The position numbers were made by a program, and so were the translations under genes. From a virus (lineage: Duplodnaviria; Caudoviricetes), in IMG/VR virus record IMGVR_UViG_3300048032_000821, positions 1-52,950 of that record: a stretch of 52,950 nt of DNA; one strand, 5' to 3'. Below, piece by piece: positions 20,101 to 28,548 of the stretch. Under the pieces are notes generated by a model that ran no database searches, was not told where the DNA came from, and saw only the letters and a program-made list of their open reading frames with translations. Position 1 is the stretch's first letter, and each line of letters begins with the position of its first letter.

Positions 20101-23100
20101 ACCTTCGATGCAATGAAGGCGTATGCCAAAGGTCGTGAATATCAGGGCTTAGGTTGGAAGAAAAATTTCAAAAAAGAACGGACGACCATTGATAATACTG
20201 AAAAGAATATGGCTCGTCCTACTGATATGAAGAAGGAACAGGCCAATCTTCTTTCATCAGTAGATATTAGTGCAGAAGATTTTGCGAACTGGTTCCTTAG
20301 CGGAAGTCGCAAAAAAGTACCCGGCAGGAGTTTAAAGATGGAGGAGCTAGCCAATGTCCCATCATCTGTGTATTCCGAGAAAACAATCAATCAATTGGGT
20401 GGCGGACTTGGGGAAGGGCTTCTTGTCTATTCATTCCCGGATTTCATCGAGACCATGCATAAAAAGTTTGGGATCAAAGGTTTTGAGTCTCAGGTCGAAG
20501 GTCTCAGGACTGAACTTAAAGACCTATTGTCAAAATCCGAAGTCCTCAGGCCGGAGGATATGCAAAAAATTTCTGCAAAGATGGAAGAGGTTTCCCGCCC
20601 AATCGTTCAGGCAGTCCTGGATGCGGAAGGTGTTGATGTATACGGAACTTTTGACCATAGCTCGGAAAACATCCTACAGCGCGACACCCAAATGGGAGAA
20701 GCAACCGACGCCGATGAAAGAAGCGCGGAGATACGAGACGATAGCGGAGAGACTACTGAATCTGTAGAAACCGATCTCGAAGCAGTTGAAAAAGCGCAGA
20801 GGCAAAAAGATTTAGAAGATGCTCTAAACGCAAAGCCGAAAGCCTTGAGAAACAGGGAAAAGGTTACCGACTCGATGCTTGAGGAGTTGTATTTTTCCGA
20901 AACCACACCGACACTTCGAGACCTCGCAAAGGTAGAGCTTTTGAGAAGAGGCGTGAATATTCCCTATGTCATTGATGAAAATACAAAAGAGCTTTTTGAA
21001 GAAGTATTCACCCCCAAAGACAGCAATCCAAGATCCCTAAATTCCGATGCCGGCAAGCCGGAAACCGGAAAACCTATAACATTGAATGGTTTCCACGGCT
21101 CCAACCAAGCGAAGACGGTCTACGAAGAAGGTTTTGATCCCGACAAGCTAGGTTCTTTTACAGGAGCGGTTTCGGCGAGGGAGGGTTTCTTTTTTGCTCG
21201 CAGGCCAAAAACTGCGCGCCGATATTCCGGAACTTTCGGCCCTGTCGGGAGACTGTTCGCGAAGCTCGTTGAGATTTTTGAAAGACAAATTCCCGCGGTA
21301 TCCCCAATAAAAGACACATACTATTCTTACAGGCAGGCATTTAACAACCCCGAACAAAAAGAGGGTTTATCTTTTATTGAGGAAAAGCTTTTTAGTTCAG
21401 GTTTGGTAAATTCTCAAGGTAAGTGGAACAATAAATCAGAACAGAAAACTGTAGATAATTTTTTAAAGTCGTTAGACAGCATTAAAACACCGAAAGGTTT
21501 GGCCGGTAACGCTGTACAAGTTCTAAAACAGCAGTTTAAGGAAACGCAGAAACCTGTTGAGGATAGACGGGGGCTGATACAAGCAAGTTTAGAGTTCAAA
21601 AACCCTTATGTAGTTGATTTTAAAGGTAAAAATAGAACTTATGCAGATTATGTTAAAGCCATAAAAAAAGCTAAAAAAGACGGACACGACGGGGCAGTAT
21701 TATTAAACACTTTCGATCCTATGGCGGATGATATTTATGTCGTGTTTAGCGCGAGCCAAATCTCCCTGGATAAACTTAAAGACCGCACATTAAATTCCGA
21801 TGCCGGCAGGGTTCTAACCAGCGATGTTAACCCAAATCTTACGAAAGCGACCCTGCTATCCAAGATCGCGGGCGATCGGGAGCTTAAGAACGAATTTAAG
21901 GAATGGGCGGCCACCAGAAAAGAAAGCTACGATAAGGGTAGTTTCCGGATGAATATGATCGACCGGATGAGCCCGGTTAAGCTTTTGTCACAGTCATCTC
22001 TCGAAGTATTCGAAAAGCTCGGGCTTAAGAAAGGTAGTCTTCTCCATAACTGGTTGGATGTGCACGGCCGTTCGCATCAGTATTTTGGAAAAGGCGGCAA
22101 TGGTTTAGAGCAAAGTCGTTTAGATTATTACGATCCTCTGACTGAGATTATGCGGAAGCATAATGTTACACAGAAGGAAGCCGGCGAGTACCTGATTGCA
22201 CGAGCTGCACCCAGTAAAAATCTTCAAATCGAAGCAAAAGCCGAGGAAGTATTATCGGATATGCGGAAGGAAGACGAGCAGGGGAAAGGTAAGGAGTATA
22301 AAAAGCTCTACGATTTTTATTACGATAAAGACGGTAATTTTATCCGTAATTCCGGTGTGGAAACAAAGAAAGCTTTGGAAGTAATGGCTGATATGGAATC
22401 AAAGCCAGAATTTGTTGAATTTCTAAAAGAGTTTCTCCCCGTATACTACGGCATGAACAAAGATGGTTTAGATCAGCTCCGTAACGGTGAGCTAATCAGG
22501 GCGGCAGTTGAAGATCCGCAGGTTAAGGGTAAAATGATTGATATAGATGAAAAGGCTGCGATGGTAACCGCTGCTTCCCGATTTGATTTTAATACCGGTA
22601 AGGCCGATAAGTACGGCAATAAATACGAATCAAAAGTAAAGCTTGCGGATAATTATGCATACTCCCCGCTAAAAGGGTTTGAGGGGGAGACCGAGCAGTT
22701 CTTTGATCAGGAAGAAGCTTGGGAAGAGTTTGGATCCAAGAGCACAGGGGCCGGCAAAGGTTTTAACCAACCTAAAACTTCATTTATTCTTCTCCCAGCT
22801 TTTGGTCGTAAAAATGATGGCGTAAAGTCATACGGACCAGATCCGGTGACCGTTGTGGGTAATGCTATAAATCAGCATACCGCTGCCATGATTCGGGCTA
22901 AGAAGAATGAAGTATCCCGATCGTTCGGGAACATGTATGCACTTTTATACTCGGTCTTAAATCCGAACAAAAAAATCAAAAAAGATAGCAGCGAGTTTTT
23001 CGATCTTTCTACACTTAATCGGGTTCCGGAGTTTAAAGAAACTTATGACATATTAAAAAGCATACACGAACCCGGTAATGAGAAGCTTCTGGAGGAACTT

Positions 23101-25197
23101 ACTACCGAGTTCAATAAAGTGTTCGACAAACCATTCGAACCTTCGGAAACAAAAATGGCCTACGAGTTAAAAGAAGCGGAAAGCGATATCGCAGGAGCGA
23201 AGATAGGTCTAGTTCGTAGAACATTAAGTAGTGAGTTTAAAAACGATCAGAATGTTTTTGTCTTTAGAAAAGCGGGGCAACCTCAGTTCATCCGGTTTAA
23301 TGAAAGAACAGACGAAGGGCTCCGCATGGCGGATGCCATGAACAATTTACGATACGAATCCTTACCCCCGATTCTTGGAGGTTTCAATGTTGGTACTCGT
23401 TTAATGGCTAAGATGTTCACCTCGGCCAACCTCGCGTTCATACTCCCCAACTTTTTCCGTGATGTATTAACCGCAAGAATTCATCTTAGTGAGGACAATA
23501 AAAAGGTACTCATAAAAGACGCACTGAATCGCAAGAATCTCGCGGGTTTTATGAAATCTATTTATCAAACCGAAGCTGACATAAAGAATGGTATCAACCC
23601 AAATCGTAAAGAAGAGATCTCAAAGATATTAGCTTTGAGAGATCCCAAAAAGATTTTGGAGTCTGGAAACCGTCAGGCGATGTATCAATACTACAAGGAG
23701 AACGGTGGTAAGGTTGATATGTTTAGACATCCAACCCTTGTTGAAAAAATAAAGGACATTCAAAAATCTCTTAACGGAAAAGACGGGTGGACAAAAGCAT
23801 CCTGGAAAAAGTTCTGGGATTTTGTAGATACCGCCAATACGGCTGTCGAGAACTCCATTCGTGCATCTACTTTCTGGGCAGCAATCAAAGATGGTAGAGG
23901 CCCGGATGAAGCGGCGGTAATCGCCAGAAATGTCACTGTTGATTTCAACCAAAAGGGAAATCTTACCCAGACATTTGGATCTTTGTATGTGTTCTTTGGA
24001 GCATCAATGAATTCGATCGATCGGTTCTTTACTACCTTCTCAAGAAGATCTCCCAAAGAAAGAGCTAAGCTTATCGCGGGTATCGCTGGAGCAGCCTTTA
24101 TTATAAATATACTCAACCGTCTGATGGATGATGACGAAGATGAGGAAATGCCGGATTACGACACCATCAGCTCTTATAAAAGAGACACCAACGCAATCCT
24201 ACCACTCCCTGCGGGTCTTCCTGAATTCTTCAATGATGAGAAGGATACAGGATTCTTCAGCTTACCTCTTCCTTTAGGTTACAACTTATTTTGGACAATG
24301 GGTCAGGTCATGGGTGATATGTTTGCGAAGAATGTATTCGGCAGAGGCGGTGCCGGATTAGTCGAAGCTACGACACGGTTTACCGACAGTGCATTGAGTG
24401 CTTTCAACCCTGTAGGCGGATCGAGTGGATTAGCTGTTGCGATTACTCCGACTCCTCTCGTCCCATGGATTGAGCTTTACGCGAATAAGAACTTCATGGG
24501 TTCTCCTATTAGATATGCCGATCGTCCATTTGAGGTACCAAAACCTGGACATATGCAGGATCCGAAAGGAACTCCTGAACACTGGAATAAATTATCAAAG
24601 GCTATCAATAATTTCATGGGGGGTAGTGATGATGTGAAAGGATCCTTTGCGGGAATGCTAGGCAATAACCCGCTGTACTACCGTTCCGATGAGGATATAA
24701 CTTTTGATATCTCCGGTAATCAAATGAGACATTTGGTTATGGGATATCTTGGCGGTCCGGGCCAAAAAGCAGACGCTCTTTTTGGTTCCTTGTTCAGTGC
24801 AGGAAGCGGAAAGCCTTCCATCGAAAATGTTAACGATGTTCCTATAGTGAACAGATTTCTACGAGCCACGACCTATGGCTCTGCGACCAGAGGCACATTC
24901 TATGAGGTTCGGGACGCAGTAAAAAATGCAGAGAAAGCGGTGAAGTCAGCAAAACAAATTAATGCGAAGACATACACCGCCGTGCTCAACGATAACCGCG
25001 AACTGCTCAAACTATCATCATCAATCAGCCAGCTCGATAAGCAGAAGAACAAGATGCGTAGGCTCAAGAAACAGATCGAAGGATCCAAGACTTTGACCGA
25101 GGAGCAGAAAACCCAACGGGTGGACGATCTTCAGAAGAAAGAGTTAAATCTAATGGTTAAGGTCATCAAGCAGGCGCAATCGCTCGGAATCTCATAA
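14116..25197 (+). CDS. Large polyvalent (ejected) protein: Gly/Ala-rich segment, HExxH metallopeptidase, ART-PolyVal-like domain, LPD38-like C-terminus
   Basis: 3693 aa. HESGH (16711-25) plus downstream EEWF; FHGS..GFFFA..KNPYV..GHDG..YVVFSASQI (about 21085-21765); ARNVTVDFNQKG..LYVFF and LPLPLGY..PWIELYANKNFMGSPI. Confidence 0.85.
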   Translation: MSLFDDIDLGADDYSGEKKDSLSQFTSKPVQKKYQPFGGQMPQAPQPQYEPIDYGYEVQPAQRPSNVFDELDAYDGIKKAHGQFKQYATENERSAKHYEGLYDDFVKNEFQPFFNSVGGFGDFDNDDEMLSFIDQMKADEVKASQEEDGFFGGSSDRKIAAQENLKKFGAWDSTNGLRDKFLRLKAEKDRRRQTADAARNQEFQLFEQLTNIPIPARDAMDAQLKARSASPKSKKATDDLLNQYSFEAPIVDHMTGEVINLERTDPRKAVPSATDHLTGKTSKSFDAQKQRLSAAMRGDINGVLARRDLVKKERNLRDKGIFFSQNGLIDGRPIGLSRNDVDLLDIAEMKAAGMTSYRGKPLELAMEELGGEERLKAAKIMESVYGAKSNYEDAQLAFLKVAGSSKADKAREKMEAARDDMQKVISLAAENGLDNELFEQAESTSWLGGLGNAIQRGVLMSEMSDYTPDFLTNTLDADEMQKFIEIASEIEKLPTSSTMKRVRETKSDGFLDAVGNLLFDNPAAIPEMFVESISAFLPATIKWLIPSAGAGAAVGAIGGPGAALAGAGVGAKVSWGVASFVLEASGMALEGMQELGVDWKNPKVFAAAWTNESIRNKIQKKMVQKGVPIAAADMLAGMMGQRVMGVINHTGNAMFKGGKLLDKTAFNKAQGAVPRFTTFQKTRNAAAELGFDSTMGMSGEYLGQWASKEPGEAWDWDSVVAEGFVGVGPGILSSALEMRGRNANYFSNAPIEISGEQATETGSMGTITRAGYAAPYQTFNDADSMVEYLSGIPGVSPESLEFTNDFLQRMFTAKPEAMASLKVAISPRTPDSNMANRGQFESRDGHDVIYINEKEFAADPMGAFMHESGHFARVFILSDKELNTIWEGLGPDAQLEAYAQYFTKKPDQSFDSLPENEQKKIKQAFDRMKRTSPDVLAEEWFSYQWGRVLTQDGKPDPSVAKQLKSFKDKVLHEAMSPYVGTENLSGGAKGVILDQKIKDFLGMENAMPEPATPDAEGSQTNPTPQTTEQAQRKLNAMPGTPKEKSMIARALNAMAGEKLLTESQSFYRPSMGQPSAADLEDREIAEDYKKETQDPEAIAEAAPAFTDEKQTVEKTLVKRVPGEKSLYERTADKPSGIPKDPENAKGLSTKNKSERASAGGRELPKSLGTPSKREAAAAKLRIEKAEAKEAKKKALAAKKEALKKARQTKPEPQKVSVKDYTKEVSKKVEQERNKSGEVVKATEEGTREERFKKGKKIDALNAFEAEKKGIDSIIPKSEEERANLQKAFNRIQKLKGLMVSKKALQEEIGKAKKEMGDDASISGIISKVLGLEQLLEASPVSVVGELRKVVNPTARGKLPSSQDIEDTMIEIRDRVDSVAQQLENLIAERNREIRSLDRPEGQKEVAELIKLRTLAEQYLAIIAPEKLNIDWRDTPHFFYKRRKKGSKVLEPVTLGFLADNKDYGSYEITDNKGTVNKKTMGQKPQHVLWDFVTGGFDPEKQTKTSEANFKKKTGGLNLKEYTARLEAVRASAMFKKQKDIGNEPITTDSRVMEYPSGFTMDSGANFGAIVAERIRQMLMKKGAKPVPMFSENPTVEEIQALLMANGRSLELLGDPRDSTKDFDKLMYIIETQNQLRKVKGNQPRDIPGFDGKPIFGIKSTGEPIIFDHTRALAEQFEYAEEDGNPFPQVEPNAPFSKTLAKIISAKVRLKYTQDYYRQAGENAQLTNPIDGKPLEISEDSKVGRKEIRRVFGESDPANIEQYIDQEKENLTQNTIDILTARAKQLRDLKTLDGQFELELKDAYNQFFQSKDKKGVAKVIDDLANNFNFIPYPQPDSFMPNAEDMGIGLAKFEQKGNRSAPKLPKGFFVKPRSDYNYRKPFHSTSDKIPARKVEVRVKKKKTSLVANYGSFEDVIKKAKERGGEIEKEAQALEDRMADVEFDSRQAPNGNLLRSAQNSLYKAAVSLIQDPDDYQETVTEVVEDRGHGEFTAGKIYETFDAMKAYAKGREYQGLGWKKNFKKERTTIDNTEKNMARPTDMKKEQANLLSSVDISAEDFANWFLSGSRKKVPGRSLKMEELANVPSSVYSEKTINQLGGGLGEGLLVYSFPDFIETMHKKFGIKGFESQVEGLRTELKDLLSKSEVLRPEDMQKISAKMEEVSRPIVQAVLDAEGVDVYGTFDHSSENILQRDTQMGEATDADERSAEIRDDSGETTESVETDLEAVEKAQRQKDLEDALNAKPKALRNREKVTDSMLEELYFSETTPTLRDLAKVELLRRGVNIPYVIDENTKELFEEVFTPKDSNPRSLNSDAGKPETGKPITLNGFHGSNQAKTVYEEGFDPDKLGSFTGAVSAREGFFFARRPKTARRYSGTFGPVGRLFAKLVEIFERQIPAVSPIKDTYYSYRQAFNNPEQKEGLSFIEEKLFSSGLVNSQGKWNNKSEQKTVDNFLKSLDSIKTPKGLAGNAVQVLKQQFKETQKPVEDRRGLIQASLEFKNPYVVDFKGKNRTYADYVKAIKKAKKDGHDGAVLLNTFDPMADDIYVVFSASQISLDKLKDRTLNSDAGRVLTSDVNPNLTKATLLSKIAGDRELKNEFKEWAATRKESYDKGSFRMNMIDRMSPVKLLSQSSLEVFEKLGLKKGSLLHNWLDVHGRSHQYFGKGGNGLEQSRLDYYDPLTEIMRKHNVTQKEAGEYLIARAAPSKNLQIEAKAEEVLSDMRKEDEQGKGKEYKKLYDFYYDKDGNFIRNSGVETKKALEVMADMESKPEFVEFLKEFLPVYYGMNKDGLDQLRNGELIRAAVEDPQVKGKMIDIDEKAAMVTAASRFDFNTGKADKYGNKYESKVKLADNYAYSPLKGFEGETEQFFDQEEAWEEFGSKSTGAGKGFNQPKTSFILLPAFGRKNDGVKSYGPDPVTVVGNAINQHTAAMIRAKKNEVSRSFGNMYALLYSVLNPNKKIKKDSSEFFDLSTLNRVPEFKETYDILKSIHEPGNEKLLEELTTEFNKVFDKPFEPSETKMAYELKEAESDIAGAKIGLVRRTLSSEFKNDQNVFVFRKAGQPQFIRFNERTDEGLRMADAMNNLRYESLPPILGGFNVGTRLMAKMFTSANLAFILPNFFRDVLTARIHLSEDNKKVLIKDALNRKNLAGFMKSIYQTEADIKNGINPNRKEEISKILALRDPKKILESGNRQAMYQYYKENGGKVDMFRHPTLVEKIKDIQKSLNGKDGWTKASWKKFWDFVDTANTAVENSIRASTFWAAIKDGRGPDEAAVIARNVTVDFNQKGNLTQTFGSLYVFFGASMNSIDRFFTTFSRRSPKERAKLIAGIAGAAFIINILNRLMDDDEDEEMPDYDTISSYKRDTNAILPLPAGLPEFFNDEKDTGFFSLPLPLGYNLFWTMGQVMGDMFAKNVFGRGGAGLVEATTRFTDSALSAFNPVGGSSGLAVAITPTPLVPWIELYANKNFMGSPIRYADRPFEVPKPGHMQDPKGTPEHWNKLSKAINNFMGGSDDVKGSFAGMLGNNPLYYRSDEDITFDISGNQMRHLVMGYLGGPGQKADALFGSLFSAGSGKPSIENVNDVPIVNRFLRATTYGSATRGTFYEVRDAVKNAEKAVKSAKQINAKTYTAVLNDNRELLKLSSSISQLDKQKNKMRRLKKQIEGSKTLTEEQKTQRVDDLQKKELNLMVKVIKQAQSLGIS
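21038..21808 (+). repeat. 18-bp direct repeat flanking the ART domain
   Basis: TAAATTCCGATGCCGGCA at 21038-21055 and 21791-21808, 753 bp apart and in frame (LNSDAG twice). Confidence 0.9.
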
Positions 25198-27219
25198 ATG
25201 AAGGAAACCAATCTAAAGCTAACCAAGAAGCAGGAGGATAAGCTCGTAAAGTATGTGCTCGATAGAGTTAAACAACTCAAGGAGGACAATCGTGAGAGGA
25301 TCGAGCATGATAAAATATCATGGAAGACTTATCATAATGACCGGAGCGATCGGGTAGGGTACGACAGTATTTTCAGCCAGTCCAATATGTCAGTTCCGAT
25401 GACATCTCTGATCGTTGATCATTTCATGGCACGGGCCGAGGATGAGATCACAGGCACAAGCCCATACTTTAAATTTGAAGCACAGGGTGCAGCCGATCAG
25501 GAAATGGCTGAAGCCTTTGATAAATATTTTAATTGGAAGCTCGAGGATGTGGCCAAGACCCGCGAAAGATTGGAAGAATCCTATCTTCATCTCTTCATCC
25601 AACGGGCTTTGATTTTAAAATCTACCTATAAGGAGGAAATTTCCACCTGGTACGATTACGAAAGAAATGGACTGTTCAATAATGAACGCGGAGAATTTGA
25701 AGAGATTCCCGGAGAAGGTCCAATCATTGAAGGGGAGGCACAATTTATCCCTGAAATGAACCCGATGACCGGAGAGACTGAGATGCGCTTGGCAACAGAT
25801 CCAAGCTTTCAGATGATACCCGGTGTCCACGAATTTCAACCATTACCCCAAGGAGTTCCGACCCAACAGGTAAAGTACAAAGGTCCCAGGTCGGAGGTCA
25901 TAGATTCCGACCGTTTCCTCTGCCCCACGACCTCCGAGTCTCTGGATTCATCCGATATCATTGTGGAAATGTACGATAAGGATTTACGCTGGGCGAATAG
26001 CATGTTTCTTGAGCGTGAATGGTTATCCTTTGGCGATTTTTACAACTTGGTAAACAAGGATGCTAATCCAAGAAGTCCGATCGAAAAAAATGAGGAAAGG
26101 ACGGAGAATTTAGATTTTGATAATGAGGAAAATCCGAGCATTCAGGTTCTTGAATGTTGGATAAAAAGAGATGTTCTTGGAACGGGTCAGCCTCAGGAAT
26201 TCTGTGTATTCATAGATCCGGAGACTGAGAAACCAATTTATTACGAATTTGTGGCAAAGCTTACCCCCGACAACAGGATTCCGTATACGGCCGTATCCAT
26301 CGGTAAGGAAAGAAATCGATGGTGCGGTCGTAGCTTGCCTGAAAGAATCAGATCTTTCCAGGAATATGTTGATAAACAATTTAATTCCCAAAGCTATCGG
26401 AATGAACTCGCAGCCAATCCGGTCATAGGTGTTAACCCGCAGGCCGTAGAGGATGAGCCGGAGGATGTAGAACTCCATGCTGGTAAGATCTTTGAATTAA
26501 AGGATCAATATAATATTGATGATTTTCTACAATTCTCTGCGATTCCAAATGTTGATGTACGCACTCAGGAACTGATCGATTTTATATTTGGAATTGTTCA
26601 GCTCTGGTTGGGAGTTTCCAATATGGCACAGGGTGATTATCAGGCATTGGCTCCTGCTAATACAGCAACCGGAGTCGAAGCAACCTTGCGCGAAGCTTCT
26701 AAGATTGGTCGTCGCTGGATGCGCAGAATCGTTCGTGGATTCGAGGAGCATTTGACCAAGCTCGTTCAGGTATCCATGGCAACGATGGACGAGGAAGAAG
26801 TATTTGAATACATGGAAGGTGATGTCCGAGCCTTTGGTGTAATGACCCCGGAAGCGATCAGAAACATTGGTATAAATACCAGAGTCATCCTGTCGCAGGA
26901 CCAAGGCCAAAGGGCTATTGAGAAAGCAAATCTCGCATTGCAAACACAGGACAGATATTTTCAATCACCTCCCGAAATGCGTCCGTTCATTCGTCCTATG
27001 CTCAAGCGCATCCTCGATGCTATGGGCTTTGAAAGAACGGATGAATTATTGCCTCAGGAAGCACCGCCCGATCCAAAGAGCGAAGCAGAAATTGCCAAGA
27101 TGCTTGGCGATAATGCATCGGCCATGGAGAATGCCAATGAGCCAAAGGATGGAGTTTCCGCAGCAACCGCCGGCATGGGAAACAGTAACCCACAAGGCAT
27201 GAACCAATATCAGGGGTGA
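25198..27219 (+). CDS. Portal protein
   Basis: 673 aa; LGVSNMAQG..ANTATG motif, ECWIK, GRSLPERIRSFQ; podovirus-type portal layout. Confidence 0.85.
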   Translation: MKETNLKLTKKQEDKLVKYVLDRVKQLKEDNRERIEHDKISWKTYHNDRSDRVGYDSIFSQSNMSVPMTSLIVDHFMARAEDEITGTSPYFKFEAQGAADQEMAEAFDKYFNWKLEDVAKTRERLEESYLHLFIQRALILKSTYKEEISTWYDYERNGLFNNERGEFEEIPGEGPIIEGEAQFIPEMNPMTGETEMRLATDPSFQMIPGVHEFQPLPQGVPTQQVKYKGPRSEVIDSDRFLCPTTSESLDSSDIIVEMYDKDLRWANSMFLEREWLSFGDFYNLVNKDANPRSPIEKNEERTENLDFDNEENPSIQVLECWIKRDVLGTGQPQEFCVFIDPETEKPIYYEFVAKLTPDNRIPYTAVSIGKERNRWCGRSLPERIRSFQEYVDKQFNSQSYRNELAANPVIGVNPQAVEDEPEDVELHAGKIFELKDQYNIDDFLQFSAIPNVDVRTQELIDFIFGIVQLWLGVSNMAQGDYQALAPANTATGVEATLREASKIGRRWMRRIVRGFEEHLTKLVQVSMATMDEEEVFEYMEGDVRAFGVMTPEAIRNIGINTRVILSQDQGQRAIEKANLALQTQDRYFQSPPEMRPFIRPMLKRILDAMGFERTDELLPQEAPPDPKSEAEIAKMLGDNASAMENANEPKDGVSAATAGMGNSNPQGMNQYQG

Positions 27220-27923
27220 GAAAATACCGGAACATAAAGGGCAACCTTCAGCCTAAACGGATTCTCAAATATTCTGAGGAATGGATTGAGTACCGTAAAA
27301 AACGCGGTGCAGATTCGGTTAAGGTTGAGCATTGCGATATTGATACAGATGGATTTCACGATGCGATTGTTCGCGATTGGCGTAGCCCTGCACTGAAAAA
27401 GCAGCAAACCTGTATAGTCCCACCACCCAAAGGCGGGCCACTCGATTTAAGCGCAGAAATTGCGGTACCTGAAGGAGGCCCGTTGGACTTATCCGCCGTA
27501 CTCGCTCCTCCAGGTAGCGGACCGTTGAATTTAATAGCCGAAACTTTACAACCTCCTAAGCAGGGGCCGCTTCTTTTGGAGGCCGGTGTATACATACCCG
27601 CTACTCTTGAGGGCCGCCCATTTCAAGATAGAAGTATGGTCGGATGTTCCAATATAGGTGTACCCGTAGTGGGACCCTCTTCAATGCCTGAATATGACTC
27701 TAGAGTTAGCATAGGAGCCGCCCTACAATTTACATTGGTGGATACCTGCGGCGTTGGGTCAGGAACTCCGAAAACCTGGAGGTATACATTCCAAACCTGG
27801 TCAACTAACTTACCGATGCCGACGAGTGAAAAAAGTAGTCCTAATTGGCATGGTACAGGTCCTTGGGTTAGCGGCGGACCATACTTTGCGCGGCCAATTT
27901 ACACGCGGCAACAAATCTCATGA
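27216..27923 (+). CDS. Virion protein with 4 PxxGPLxLxA repeats (FN3 A-strand-like)
   Basis: PKGGPLDLSA / PEGGPLDLSA / PGSGPLNLIA / PKQGPLLLEA at about 27420-27588. Confidence 0.7.
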   Translation: MRKYRNIKGNLQPKRILKYSEEWIEYRKKRGADSVKVEHCDIDTDGFHDAIVRDWRSPALKKQQTCIVPPPKGGPLDLSAEIAVPEGGPLDLSAVLAPPGSGPLNLIAETLQPPKQGPLLLEAGVYIPATLEGRPFQDRSMVGCSNIGVPVVGPSSMPEYDSRVSIGAALQFTLVDTCGVGSGTPKTWRYTFQTWSTNLPMPTSEKSSPNWHGTGPWVSGGPYFARPIYTRQQIS

Positions 27924-28210
27924 CCGATATAGTAATTTTCGACCAACTCGCAGACATCAAGAAACTAACGACCGATGAAGCTTTTATCCATCTTGAAAAA
28001 CGCTTTCAAAAAGAAAGAGCCCGCTATCTCGCAAAACTACTCGATCGAGACACTAGCCCGGAAGAGACTCTTAGGATCAAAGCAATCATTAACGCAATGG
28101 AAACGCTATCGCCGATGGCTCTTGCGGAGAAAACGCTTAAGGTCGAGGCAAAGAACCGAAAAGTGAAGCATCCTGAGCTGTTCAAATTAAGAAGAAACGC
28201 AACCGATTGA
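27920..28210 (+). CDS. Small helical head-associated protein
   Basis: 96 aa, ATGA overlap, in the typical post-portal position. Confidence 0.7.
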   Translation: MTDIVIFDQLADIKKLTTDEAFIHLEKRFQKERARYLAKLLDRDTSPEETLRIKAIINAMETLSPMALAEKTLKVEAKNRKVKHPELFKLRRNATD

Positions 28211-28235
28211 TTAAAGAAACTTTGAGCTTCAAACT
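28200..28235 (+). promoter_or_regulatory. Late-type promoter
   Basis: CAACCGA-TTGATT-N17-CAAACT. Confidence 0.65.
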
Positions 28236-28255
28236 TACTATGAGGATTTATATTT

Positions 28256-28543
28256 ATGGCAAAAACTGTAATACTTAGTTGGACTAACCCCGCAGAAGTT
28301 GGGGATATTGACACGATTGAAATATACCGCAAGACGGGTGATCACACTGATGTTACAGACTACGAAGCGTTTCGTACAGATGCCGTGCTCGTAAAATCCG
28401 AAGATGTCGGAGCCGCTGATACATCTCAGCAGTATGCCGACGAAGATGTCTCTAATGGTGTTTATACCTACGGTGCATTTTCAAAAAATGCCGGCGGATT
28501 CGGTCCCGGAGATCTTATTAACTCTTCTCTAACCGTTTCATAA
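28256..28543 (+). CDS. Stand-alone FN3-like domain lacking strand A
   Basis: Starts at strand B (VILSWTNP), then IEIYRK, YADEDV and YTYGAFSKNAGG. Confidence 0.75.
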   Translation: MAKTVILSWTNPAEVGDIDTIEIYRKTGDHTDVTDYEAFRTDAVLVKSEDVGAADTSQQYADEDVSNGVYTYGAFSKNAGGFGPGDLINSSLTVS

Positions 28544-28548
28544 TAATC

